64,000 nt of DNA, from NCBI GenBank assembly GCA_964016885.1, contig OZ024744.1, positions 31,992,001 through 32,056,000 on the forward strand, in the 5' to 3' direction. The notes beneath the pieces are model-generated. The model did no database searches, was not told the origin of the DNA, and worked only from the letters and a program-made list of their open reading frames with translations. Positions 46,205 through 61,339 of this stretch are shown piece after piece; position 1 is the first letter of the stretch, and each line of letters opens with the position of its first letter. This DNA comes from Eledone cirrhosa (lineage: Eukaryota). Position numbers and translations under genes: made by a program.

Positions 46205-49200
46205 TTAATTGTAAGTTGTGATGTTGCTGTTCCACTCATATTTTCTATTTAATTTTGGTTTTAATTCTTTTATGCTTACTGCCTCTGTAATTTGCCTAAA
46301 CATTGCGTCTTTCTTGTGTGTGGATTCTATTTTTATTTCTATGCTCTCTAATTTACCCCTGTGTTCTATCTTAGCATGTTGGTAGAGCACAGATGATTCT
46401 TTACTATCTTGGAGGTCTCGCCAGTGTTCATTTATTCGTTCCCCTATACTACGAGCTGTCTCACCTATGTACACTACATTTTTGTTTCTACATTGTCCTT
46501 CAGTACATCTTATGCTATATACTACATTTCTAGTTTTACAGTTAATATGGGGGCTTATTTTACAGGTTATACATTTCTTATCTATACATGAGGGTCTTTG
46601 GAACGGGTATGTCTTGTTAATAAGTGTTTTTACGGAGGTACCAGGTCTTTCTACTATCTTAATATTGAGATTATGTTTCTTTAGGGCCCTTCTAAATTTG
46701 TAGGCTAGTTCGCCTCTAGGGGTTGTATTGATGAACATTACACTCTGGTATTTATTGCTATCATACCATGAGTTTATTCTATTGGCCTTGTTCTTAGTTC
46801 TTTCTATTCTATTCCAAAATTTGCTCCTATACAAGGGGCAGGTCCCATTTATGTCATTATTTACCATTTTTTCCCATTTGGTTCTGGCTCCTTTATACAC
46901 TCTGATTCTATCTCTCTGATTGTAGCCAGAGAACTGCATACGGTGGATGAAGTGTTGTATGTGTCTCTCTAGTTCTTCGGGGTTGCACATGCGGGACACA
47001 TTTCTCATCACCCGTACCAAATCCGCAATCAGTATGTTGATTTTGGTATGGTCCGAAATGGCCGAGTTTCGGTGGATCAGATGTTTGGAAGTCATGGGTT
47101 TGGCATAATGGGAATGGAGGATTTGTTTTTGGTTGTTAATAGTATCTAACCAGAGCTCTGTGTCTAGTACAGGTAATCGATGGTTGGGGTGTCTACTTGG
47201 GTAGTCTATAGTAACTCTAATGCTCTGGTGGATGGAGTTTGCTATTTGCTGGATGCTTTCCATTGTGTTTTTCTCTAGTTCCTGACTGTTCTTTAGTGGG
47301 GGTGTCTTAACTACGATGTTTATATCATCTACGTAGCGGGAGTACATTATCAGGGTTAAGCTGTCTTCTAATTGTTCATTAAGTTTTTGTTTAAGTCTAC
47401 TGTCCCACCATACCATGAATAAGTTAGCTATGTCGCCTGCAATGCTAACACCAATGGCTGCTCCTTCCTCTTGGGCATATGTTTTACCATTAAATTTGAA
47501 CATATGTTCCTTAAGGGTTAGTTTTATGCTGGCCCCTACCGCATGTGCAATCATTTTCTTCAGTTCATCGTGGTTTTCGGGTGTCCGTATGGCTCTGGTC
47601 CACCCGTTCCATCTATCTGTGTGGGTTTTCTTGGCCATAGAGGTAATGGTAGGTGGTCTGCCTCTTGCTGGTCTTGTAGGGCACAGGTTGCTAAGGTCAT
47701 AAGTGTCTAGGTAACTATTACTATGGGTAAGCTTAAGTAGAAGTCCCAGCTCACTGGTATCAATCCCACGGAACTCAACCTTGCTCTCGCTGATCATTTC
47801 GACGCATTTCTCCACAGCAAAATCCACGTCAATAGATGGATACAGGGACACAACATCCATACTGCCTATTATGCAGTTTGTTAGGTCCCCAGATCGGTTA
47901 CCCGCGCCGATTCTGCTGAGGAGGTCCTCCGTGCTGTCACACACATCTGGGGACATCTCAATGATGGGGCGTATGATCAGGGAGAGGAAGTAGGACAGTC
48001 TGTAGTTACTAGCAATGTTAGCCCCACAGACTGGCCGTGTTGGTGGTCCCGCGACAGGGTCCCAGCCCGTTTTATGGTCTTTACGAAGCCCATACAACGC
48101 CGGCACGTCATTGTTCCAGGCCTGGAAGTTGTTGGCAGTCCTTTTGTTGGGCTGCATTATATTTGTCCACATCACCATATGGGCATTGAGGGTTTTTTCT
48201 CTATCCTCATGCTCCTGTGGTGTTACCTCTCTTGTGTTAGTGATGTGGGGTTGCATTGCCTGGATGTAGTTTGGCAGGCTGTCAACCGACATTCTGCCAA
48301 ACTTGTCTGTTGGAAAGCATGCTATCTCTCCATTACGCGAGCGCTGCATGAGCTTACGCAAGCCATTTGCAGATTCTTCTCCCAGTTGCTGGGCCTCTAT
48401 TCTATTATACTTCTTGCTATACTGTTCTATAATATTTCTAAGTTCGGATTTAGCTATACTAAATTGTGCCTCTGTTTGTTCATCGACCTGCGACGGCAAC
48501 TGCGTGCGTTTGTTAAATGGCAAAGTCGTGGCGTGGACTCGTCGTAGGTCGAATGATTTATCGGAGGGGTTATAAAACGGAGAGTTCCAGGCTGCTGCTT
48601 TATGTGTACTAGTGCTATTGTTATTGTTAGTTGTGTTGTTTCTATTTCCACCAACAGCAGCAGCCTCAGCTTCATGGTTGTTTCTATGTCTCTCATAATT
48701 ACTCCTGTCTCTTTCCACTGGCTCAATGTTGTTATCTACCCTATTTTGTGTGTCTGTGTGTTCGTCTTGGTTATTCTCTTTGTCCTTAGTCTCCCATCTC
48801 CTTTTCCTTTTCCTTTTAATCCTATTACTTTCTCTTATTTCTCTGATTTCTGTGCTACTGTCATTACTTGTTTTCTGTGTCTGTGTGTTTGTTAAGATTG
48901 TGGTGAGAGGCATTGAATGCGTGTGTGTTGTTGTTGTTGATGTGTGTTGTTGTTGATGTGTGTTGTTGTTGTCTCCGTGTGTGTGTGTGTTATCGTTGTT
49001 GTGTGTGTTGTTATTGTTGTTTGTGTTTGCGTGTCTGTTGTTGTTGTATCTGGGTATGTTGCTATTGTTGTTGTTGTTGATGTGTGTGTTGTTGTTATTA
49101 TTGTCTCCGTGTGTGTTGTTATTGTTGTTTGTGTCTGCGTGTCTGTTGTATCTGGGTATGTTGCTATTGTTGTTGTTGTATCTGGGTATGTTGCTATTGT

Positions 49201-49525
49201 TGTTGTTATTGTTGTTTGTGTCTGTGTGTCTGTTGTTGTTGGGATGTGTGTTGTATATGTGTGTGCGTATATTGTTGCTTTTGTTTTTGTTTTTGATGCT
49301 CCAGCGTAGTTTCGTAAATGATTTTTCTATTTCTGACAGACAACTAATCATATTTACCTTCTTGAATGTCGCAAATTTGGGTGGCAGACGTAACACAGAC
49401 ATTTCATTATTATCTATTTCCGTGTTTCCATAGATGTTGGTATTTTCATTGTTGAACTCTTCAGATAATGAGGTGTCGGCCATGTTGATACCGTCAATTT
49501 TGTCGGGATATCTATTGGTATATCT
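46205..49525 (-). CDS. Penelope-like reverse transcriptase / GIY-YIG endonuclease polyprotein (5'-truncated, ~1100 codons open)
   Basis: GLRKDHK, PTRPVC, SMDVVSLYPSI, GAAIG, YSRYVDD, LPVLD, CIDKKCITC, NVVYSIRC..C..YIGET..R..EH..EA..LN. The ORF-track segment 49526-49756 is just the antisense of the inverted pLTR. Confidence 0.92.
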   Translation of the reverse strand, partial: RYTNRYPDKIDGINMADTSLSEEFNNENTNIYGNTEIDNNEMSVLRLPPKFATFKKVNMISCLSEIEKSFTKLRWSIKNKNKSNNIRTHIYNTHPNNNRHTDTNNNNNNNSNIPRYNNNNSNIPRYNRHADTNNNNNTHGDNNNNNTHINNNNNSNIPRYNNNRHANTNNNNNTHNNDNTHTHGDNNNTHQQQHTSTTTTHTHSMPLTTILTNTQTQKTSNDSSTEIREIRESNRIKRKRKRRWETKDKENNQDEHTDTQNRVDNNIEPVERDRSNYERHRNNHEAEAAAVGGNRNNTTNNNNSTSTHKAAAWNSPFYNPSDKSFDLRRVHATTLPFNKRTQLPSQVDEQTEAQFSIAKSELRNIIEQYSKKYNRIEAQQLGEESANGLRKLMQRSRNGEIACFPTDKFGRMSVDSLPNYIQAMQPHITNTREVTPQEHEDREKTLNAHMVMWTNIMQPNKRTANNFQAWNNDVPALYGLRKDHKTGWDPVAGPPTRPVCGANIASNYRLSYFLSLIIRPIIEMSPDVCDSTEDLLSRIGAGNRSGDLTNCIIGSMDVVSLYPSIDVDFAVEKCVEMISESKVEFRGIDTSELGLLLKLTHSNSYLDTYDLSNLCPTRPARGRPPTITSMAKKTHTDRWNGWTRAIRTPENHDELKKMIAHAVGASIKLTLKEHMFKFNGKTYAQEEGAAIGVSIAGDIANLFMVWWDSRLKQKLNEQLEDSLTLIMYSRYVDDINIVVKTPPLKNSQELEKNTMESIQQIANSIHQSIRVTIDYPSRHPNHRLPVLDTELWLDTINNQKQILHSHYAKPMTSKHLIHRNSAISDHTKINILIADLVRVMRNVSRMCNPEELERHIQHFIHRMQFSGYNQRDRIRVYKGARTKWEKMVNNDINGTCPLYRSKFWNRIERTKNKANRINSWYDSNKYQSVMFINTTPRGELAYKFRRALKKHNLNIKIVERPGTSVKTLINKTYPFQRPSCIDKKCITCKISPHINCKTRNVVYSIRCTEGQCRNKNVVYIGETARSIGERINEHWRDLQDSKESSVLYQHAKIEHRGKLESIEIKIESTHKKDAMFRQITEAVSIKELKPKLNRKYEWNSNITTYN

Positions 49526-50018
49526 ATTTAGAAGAGCCCTAAAGAAACATAATCTCAATATTAAGATAGTAGAAAGACCTGGTACCTCCGTAAAAACACT
49601 TATTAGCAAGACATACCCGTTCCAAAGACCCTCATGTATAGATAAGAAATGTATAACCTGTAAAATAAGCCCCCATATTAACTGTAAAACTAGAAATGTA
49701 GTATATAGCATAAGATGTACTGAAGGACAATGTAGAAACAAAAATGTAGTGTACATAGGTGAGACAGCTCGTAGTATAGGGGAACGAATAAATGAACACT
49801 GGCGAGACCTCCAAGATAGTAAAGAATCATCTGTGCTCTACCAACATGCTAAGATAGAACACAGGGGTAAATTAGAGAGCATAGAAATAAAAATAGAATC
49901 CACACACAAGAAAGACGCAATGTTTAGGCAAATTACAGAGGCAGTAAGCATAAAAGAATTAAAACCAAAATTAAATAGAAAATATGAGTGGAACAGCAAC
50001 ATCACAACTTACAATTAA
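49526..50018 (+). pseudogene. Inverted duplicate of the GIY-YIG-coding 3' end (part of the pLTR)
   Basis: Peptide matches the ORF C-terminus except INKTY/ISKTY. Confidence 0.9.
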
Positions 50019-50301
50019 GGACAAAATGAAAACACACACACACATAGAACAAACAACTTACAATTGAAAACACACACAAAATGAAAACACACACAAGACA
50101 AAATGAAAACACACACACACATAGAACAAACAACCAACCAACAATAAATAAATAAATAAACAAACAAATAGAAAAATGAACACAAACACACACAGACACC
50201 CGGATGTGGCGCATGCGCAAACTGAGCACGCAACCCACACACAAACAAAATGGCGTAGGATAGAAGAAAGGAAAGGCACAGAAACGAAGAAAGAAATCCC
50301 C

Positions 50302-50346
50302 AGTCACTGAAGAGGTCACAGAGTGTGTGACGAAAGAACTATGACT
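50302..50346 (+). ncRNA. pLTR minimal hammerhead (inverted copy)
   Basis: Reverse complement of 45877-45921. Confidence 0.8.
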
Positions 50347-50497
50347 ATATATATATAAACAACTATCTGGTTGTGGAACCAACCAACCAACCAGAAATTT
50401 ATAAATTTGTAAATTTATAAATATTTAATAAATTAAATTGAAGTGAAAGCAACTGGTGCGTGTGTTTCTTATTGGCAGCATGACCCTCCCAAAGTGT

Positions 50498-50592
<95 letters not shown>

Positions 50593-50650
50593 ATAACGAG
50601 GAATCAGTGATGCATCAAAAGTCGGATGAAATGTCTTGCAAATGGTAAAC

Positions 50651-50740
50651 AAATCTGAGGATCTTACGAATGCAGGGTCAGGTTCGATCTGTTATAGATC
50701 CTGCCTTGAGCTGATCGTCGGAGAAACATATGTAATATTT
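50651..50740 (+). ncRNA. Hammerhead-like motif with long stem II, between 34-bp inverted repeats (50587-50620 / 50753-50787)
   Basis: AAAT CTGAGGA ... GAAA CATATG TA ATATTT; palindromic stem III, imperfect stem I. Confidence 0.55.
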
Positions 50741-50820
50741 TAATAAATTGTGTTTTGATGCATTACTGATTCCTCGTTATCTATAATAATATACTCTGCT
50801 CTGCGTGAGCATCGAGTGTG

Positions 50821-50878
<58 letters not shown>

Positions 50879-51180
50879 ATAAAATTGCAAGTTTGAAGAA
50901 TTACTAGATAACATATATACAGTATTTCCTCTCCCTAGTCCGTATAAATCAACCACATAAATAATCATTTAAACGAGGCTATAAGTTTAAAATGTAACTA
51001 TGAAGAAATAATAGACAAATGATACAGACTATCATCCGAGAGGGACAGCCAGATAAAATTTACCTAGTTATTTCTTTTAGCCCGTAGAAATTGACTAGAT
51101 AATCAACTACACGGAGTTAGGTATGAAATAGAAGTTTGAAGAAAAAATGCATATAAACATTACCAAAATTCCTATATATA

Positions 51181-51801
<621 letters not shown>

Positions 51802-51807
51802 TATTTA

Positions 51808-51975
<168 letters not shown>

Positions 51976-52000
51976 TATTTATATATATATATATATATAT

Positions 52001-52183
52001 ATAAATGGAAACAAATTAAACGAAATTTCATTTCCCATTCTTAGTACGGCTGTTACTTAAATATAAGTATGTATACGTACATACATATATGTATACAGAC
52101 GTACAGTAGTATGTATATATATATACATACATGCACACATATATATATGTACATATGGATTTACCGAGCATTTATTATAATGC
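52001..52183 (-). mobile_element. Short fragment of the 490-bp repeat family
   Basis: AAACGAAATTTCATTTCCCATTCTTAGTACGG... matches the unit. Confidence 0.85.
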
Positions 52184-52415
52184 TTTTGATATATATGTAT
52201 ATATATATATACATAGGAACAAGTAGGACCCCGACGGCTGAACTCAAGCCGTTTCGACGGCTAATTCTGGACTCAATTAGTCCAGAATGAGCCGTCGAAA
52301 CGGCTTGAGCTCAGCCGTCGGGGTCCTACTCGTTCCTATTACCCACTCTACTACCCTAAGTATTGAGTACTTTGGTGCGTTATGGTCCATCTGGTTCCTT
52401 ACCACATTTCCTTCG

Positions 52416-52522
<107 letters not shown>

Positions 52523-52739
52523 TACATACATATATATACATATATATCAAAAGCATGTATTGAGTTATAAACTCAAAATAGTTTCATTACAGTAAAATTA
52601 GTTCCAGGAAAAAGGTTTTTCCGAGCCGTATAATATAACTGAACAAAAAAGAAAAACGAACACAGACATATACATATTTTGCGATTTGAACGCATATATG
52701 TATATGTCTGTGTTCGTTTCTCTTTTTTGTTCAGTTATA

Positions 52740-52809
<70 letters not shown>

Positions 52810-52815
<6 letters not shown>

Positions 52816-53128
52816 AGATCAAAAGATGGTTAAAGGAGTTCCATGTATTTTATTATGCGCATTTCAAAAACAAACATCATCATGCAATAATATTTGTGTT
52901 TTCATCAGATAAAACAGGAGAACATGATATGAAGGCTAAAAAACACTTGTGGATAGTGCAGTTTTAAATCTACATACTGCACTATCCACAAGTGTTTTTT
53001 AGCCTTCATATCATGTTCTCCTGTTTTATCTGATGAAAACACAAATATTATTGCATGATGATGTTTGTTTTTGAAATGCGCATAATAAAATACATGGAAC
53101 TCCTTTAACCATCTTTTGATCTTATATT
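52810..53128. repeat. Perfect ~143-bp inverted repeat with an HHR in each arm (52848-52914 minus, 53024-53090 plus)
   Basis: TTTTAT CTGATGA AAACA...TGTTTTT GAAA TGCGCA TA ATAAAA. Confidence 0.85.
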
Positions 53129-53216
53129 ATGCATACTCCAGTCCTACAAACTGTAGAGTGCTTCTTATCCGATATCTGCATTGCTTTATTGTACTACAAT
53201 AAAACTCACCTCCTAC

Positions 53217-56612
<3,396 letters not shown>

Positions 56613-57177
56613 TTATATATTTATATATGTGTGTATGTGTGTGTGTGTTCATGTTCCATAACCTAGCATTTCGTCAAAAGGGGCCGATAAAGTCATCAGA
56701 CTTCCTAAAAAAGAAAAAAAGAAAGAAATTGCTCGTCTAAATCCTTAAAGGGGTTCCCGCTCACCATAACCGCACACCAGTCAAGTGGTGTAATACTATG
56801 AACTTAAATAAATCAGGTAATGAGGAGGGATGTATTTATTGATGTTGTTGTTGGATCTCCGTCGTTTTCGACGAGAAGAGCTCCAATTGATTCTATCAAA
56901 GAAACTACTGGTTCGTGAAATTAACGTCTAAGTGCACCCTTGACGTGGTTTTCAGAGAGACACAGCGTGACGCAATGTCAGGCATCGTCATTATTCAGTA
57001 TACTTAATAATTGTTTCTACTTTTGGCACAAGGCCAGCAATTAATCAGTGCATTACTGGTACTTTATTTTATCAGTATACTTAACAATGACGAACGCAAA
57101 TAAGGGAATAAATAAATGAGACTTTCTCTAGTGGCAACCTGGTGCGTTCGACTCGCCAGTCTGAAGAGGGCGTTCAG

Positions 57178-57430
57178 CTACCATACTAGGCTTCGCTGCC
57201 CTCCAGGCCCAAAAGGGCAAACTGTCCAAGTATCGGCCGCTTTCTGATAGGTTTGTGGTAGAGTCAGTAGCACTGGAGGCTCCTGGATTTTTGGCCCCCA
57301 GACTACATCCATACTCACTGCTATCGGGGGGGGGGGGAGTTTGCCGCCCACAGGTGCGAGCCCCACGAGGTGGACTGGTTGTTCCAGTGCATCATCCGCG
57401 CCGTCCTTCAGGGCAATGTATTCTCCATCC
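57178..57430 (-). mobile_element. Possible CRE-like LINE remnant
   Basis: GC-rich degraded coding-like segment; resemblance is weak. Confidence 0.3.
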
Positions 57431-58227
57431 TGTTGGCTGGAACCCAGAGGTGGAGGAAAGTCGGTCAGGCGTCGCACATTTCCTCTTCTCACCGGACATT
57501 CACTCACTCAGGATACTTATGACTGTATATATAACAATACAATTTTTCGACTTATTTTCGCATTTTAAGTTAGTAGAATTTTTTTCAACACGGTGACGCG
57601 TCTATGAGTATATTATTGTAAACGCGGAAACAGACACACTAACAAAAATGCACACTCACAGACATACATTCTCTCAAATACACATACATTCGCACAAACA
57701 CACACATACATTCAGACAAACACACACACATATTTACACATACACTCACACACAGCGTAGCAAATGGAACGCCGGCCGCTATTTTGCTATAGTTTTTTCA
57801 CCATCCCTTCTTTCCACACATTGTGTGATGGGTGGACGGAAGTCGCTCAAATTTATGTGTTGAAGAAAGATAAAAAAAAGCCTAACTAACAATTGTTATT
57901 TATTTTATTTTATTTATTTATTTTATTTAGTGGGAGTGGAGGTTATTTGGATTGTTTCAAGGTAAAAAATTTCAGTAAAATTGAGAATTTTTAACGCACC
58001 TTATCCAGTATGTCAGCCTCGCCACCCATTTTACCTGGGGTAGCAAGTTAATATAGTGAGAAGTTTGACAGGCTACAATTAAAATACATGCTTCTCACTA
58101 TGTGGGTGAGTGTTCAGTACAGATAGTTATGGGAAAAGGAAAATAATAACCAAAAAAAAGAAAAGGAAAACGACAAGCAAAATGTATTTGACTGGAAAAT
58201 TGTCGAAATTCCTTTCTTCTTATGCCT

Positions 58228-58405
58228 ATTAATAATTATTTCCACTTTAGGCACAAGGCCATCAATTACCCAGTACATTACTGGTACTTTATTTTATCGA
58301 CCCCGTAAGGATGAAAGGCCTTTTAACCTCGGCGGGATTTGAACTCAGACCGTAAAGGGACGTAACTATGCTGGAAAGCATGGTGTCCGACCCTCTAACG
58401 ATACT
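58228..58405 (-). mobile_element. tRNA-derived SINE (same family as 26415); 3' piece also at ~57005-57072
   Basis: Reverse complement match, including the B box and TGTGCCTAAAGTGGAAA end. Confidence 0.85.
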
Positions 58406-58616
58406 GATTAATAATAATAATAAAAATTCTAGTTGTCTCCTATTCTTTTAATGGTTTCAGCCCTTAGACTGCAGCCACGTTGAGCCGTATCTTTGATTTA
58501 GTTAATAATATCGACTATGGTGCTTATTTATTCAAGTCCGGTATTTTTTATCGATCATATATATTTTTTTTGTAGAACTGCGAGGTTATGGAGAATAAAC
58601 ATACATACACTAAGGT

Positions 58617-58658
<42 letters not shown>

Positions 58659-59049
58659 ACACACACACACACACAAACCCACACACATTGCTAATTTCAA
58701 ACGAGTGAGTCAGTTCAAACCCCGTCAAAGCTTTCTCTAATCACGTATATATATTTTATTTAATGCTATTTCTCTATAATCTCTATTACATGTAGCGTTA
58801 CTGTATAAGTCGCAGACGGAATCATAAGGATAAGTATTCTTTGATAAATCAATCGCCTCGATCTTTTATTAATATATATATATATATATGAATATGAAAA
58901 CATGGCGTGCTGCATGGTTGCAAATGGGTTACATATGAATAAATTTAGTCCTTCATCAGTGATCTTCCAACCTTCATTGGTATTTCATCGCTTTAAAGCG
59001 ATGAAATACCAATGAAGGTTGGAAGATCACTGATGAAGGACTAAATTTA

Positions 59050-59091
<42 letters not shown>

Positions 59092-59253
59092 GGCCGTCGA
59101 AGTAGCAACAACACATGTTCGGCCGGGCCCCTGTATCAAGAAAAGAAATCTTTTTCGAGGATATAATTGTTTTAGTTTTCAAATTTAAAGGTTTTTTTTT
59201 TGGGGGGGGGGGGGGGGGGATTTTCAATGTTTTCAAAGTTGTTATAGGTTTTG

Positions 59254-59311
59254 TCGTCTGAAGAGCTTAGGCTATCATAACTGATAGTCCTCAGTGAAAT
59301 ATGTATAACGG
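59254..59311 (+). ncRNA. Type I hammerhead
   Basis: TCGT CTGAAGA GCT..GGCTATCA-TAAC-TGATAGTC..AGT GAAA TATGTA TA ACGG. Confidence 0.7.
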
Positions 59312-59469
59312 AGTTTCAAATAAAACTGAATCAACTGATTATAGCCTCCGATCTTTCCCATTTCAGCCTCCTGTCATCACACGTGTACACGACACAAGAA
59401 GAAGAAGAAGAAGAAGAAGAAGAAGAAGAAGAAGAAGATATATGTGTGTGTGTCTCTGTGTATCTATGA

Positions 59470-59790
59470 AGGCACATGGCGTAGCGATTAAATAGTTGAA
59501 TTTACAATCGCAAGGTTATGAGTTCAATTCCGAATCAGGTGATGCCTTTTGACCTTGAACACGACAATCTATTTCACGTGGCTCCCGTTGACTCTGCTCT
59601 AGAAATGAGTTGCGACGTTATTGGTGCCAAGCTGTATCAGCCTTAGCCTTTCCGTTGGACAACATCGGTGGCGTGGAGAGGGGAGGCTGGTATGGGTGGA
59701 TGACTGCTGGTCTTCCACAAACAACGTTGCCTGGACTTGTGTCTCGGAGGGGAACTTTCTAGGTGCAAAACTCATGACGGTAAGAGGTCT
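59470..59790 (+). mobile_element. Second tRNA-derived SINE family, degenerate
   Basis: TGGCGTAGCGA A-box-like and GAGTTCAATTCC B-box-like motifs. Confidence 0.6.
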
Positions 59791-60077
59791 ATAAAATATA
59801 AAATATTGAAGGACTAAAAGCCCAAAACCAGTGTTTTATTCAACATTTTTAATCTTAAAAGAGCTTCATCAGAAAATAGGTATCAAATACTCTTTCTTTG
59901 TTCCAAAACAGAAACTTTTTGTGCACTGGTTAAGTGTCGGACAAACTGAAATTGAAGTTTGAAAATCAAAAGCCTTAGTGGATATCACCTGGCCAGGAGA
60001 TATCGATTATGATCTTTGCTTCTTCAAACGCCAATTCCTGCTTGTTCGAAGGTTAATTAACGTTAAACACCTTTCTG

Positions 60078-60124
<47 letters not shown>

Positions 60125-60289
60125 TTTATCCCGGGTTCAATCGGGGGTAACTACAGTAAGTAAGGTACTCAATACAAAGCCAGAGTATAAATATTTAATA
60201 TAGAAAAGGCTTCTACAGGACTAGAACTGTTTCATTCGGGAGAAATATATATATATATATATATACATGTAGAAAAAAAAAAAAAAAAA

Positions 60290-61147
60290 ACGCCTACATA
60301 CTTATACAATTTTTATTCGCTAACAATGTTTCATCCATACCGTCGGGTAGGTATCCTCAGAGCGTAATTAATAAAAAATATAGTGCTGAATATAAGCTCT
60401 ACCAAGCTTAGTCACCGGAACAGTAGAGAAACTGTACAGGATAGCATGAGTGAGATTGGATAAGAGAAGAATGGAGAGAATGCGTACTGGGTTTAATAGT
60501 CAACATTATAACAAACCATGATAATACAATAACACAAGCAGATTTTCCCACAAGAGACTGTGAAGGCAAACAAAAGCAATCTTAAGCACATAAAGATAAT
60601 TAAAAAAATATATATATAAAAAAGAGAATTTTAAGAGAAATAATTTTAAAATAATTGGAAGTAATTAAAAATAATTAAAAAATAAATAAAAAAACTTTTT
60701 AAAAATGTAAAGGAATTGAAACATTTAAAAATTACAAAAATATAAGTAAAAATATTTAAAAATATTTAAAAGAAAATTTAAAAAAATTTTAAAACCTAAA
60801 ATTTAAAAATTAAAAATTATTATATTCATATATTCACCAATACATACCAGCAAATATGGTGTTATGTGCTGCAAGCTCCAGATTGTGGGAAAATCTGCTT
60901 GTGTTATTGTATTATCATGGTTTGTTATAATGTTGACTATTAAACCCAGTACGCATTCTCTCCATTCTTCTCCTATCCAATCTCACTCATGCTATCCTGT
61001 ACAGTTTCTCTACTGTTCTGGTGACCAAGCTTGGTAGAGCTTATATTCAGCAATATATTTTTTATTAATTACGCTCTGAGGATACCTGCCCGACGGTATG
61101 GATGAAACATTGTTAGCGAATAAAAATTGTATAAGTATGTAGGCGTT
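60290..61147. repeat. ~262-bp inverted repeat (60290-60552 / 60884-61147) with an HHR in each arm (60318-60364 minus, 61072-61118 plus), upstream of a PLE ORF
   Basis: CGCT CTGAGGA TACC..GGTA.. GAAA CATTG TT AGCG. Confidence 0.8.
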
Positions 61148-61339
61148 CTTTGATTTAGTTTTTCTATAACGGCTCTGTTTTGTACATTGAGCTAATACGA
61201 TACCGTCACAAATATGACACTACGCAGATGTGCTTATGTTCATATGATCCGTTGTCTACGTAAATAATACTGCTCCCTCTGGTAGAGCTAATAAATATAA
61301 CCTGCACATCTACTGGTATGCTTATATAAAACTGACACT

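Larger units (their letters stand above)
45661..50505 (-). mobile_element. Young Penelope-like element with inverted 5'-truncated pLTR (45720-46697 vs 49526-50505), inserted in (TA)n
   Basis: RT plus GIY-YIG ORF; ~980-bp inverted repeat with very few mismatches; one HHR in each arm. Confidence 0.92.

Noticed and set aside
46205-49525. Selenoprotein-type (in-frame UGA) PLE
   Set aside because: The ORF is uninterrupted with no in-frame UGA, and I identified no SECIS.
49526-49756. Hydrophobic N-terminus of the 1183-aa ORF, suggesting a membrane-anchored RT
   Set aside because: It is the antisense read-through of the inverted pLTR. The same artefact explains the starts of 54500..55138, 54867..55283 and 49434..50018.
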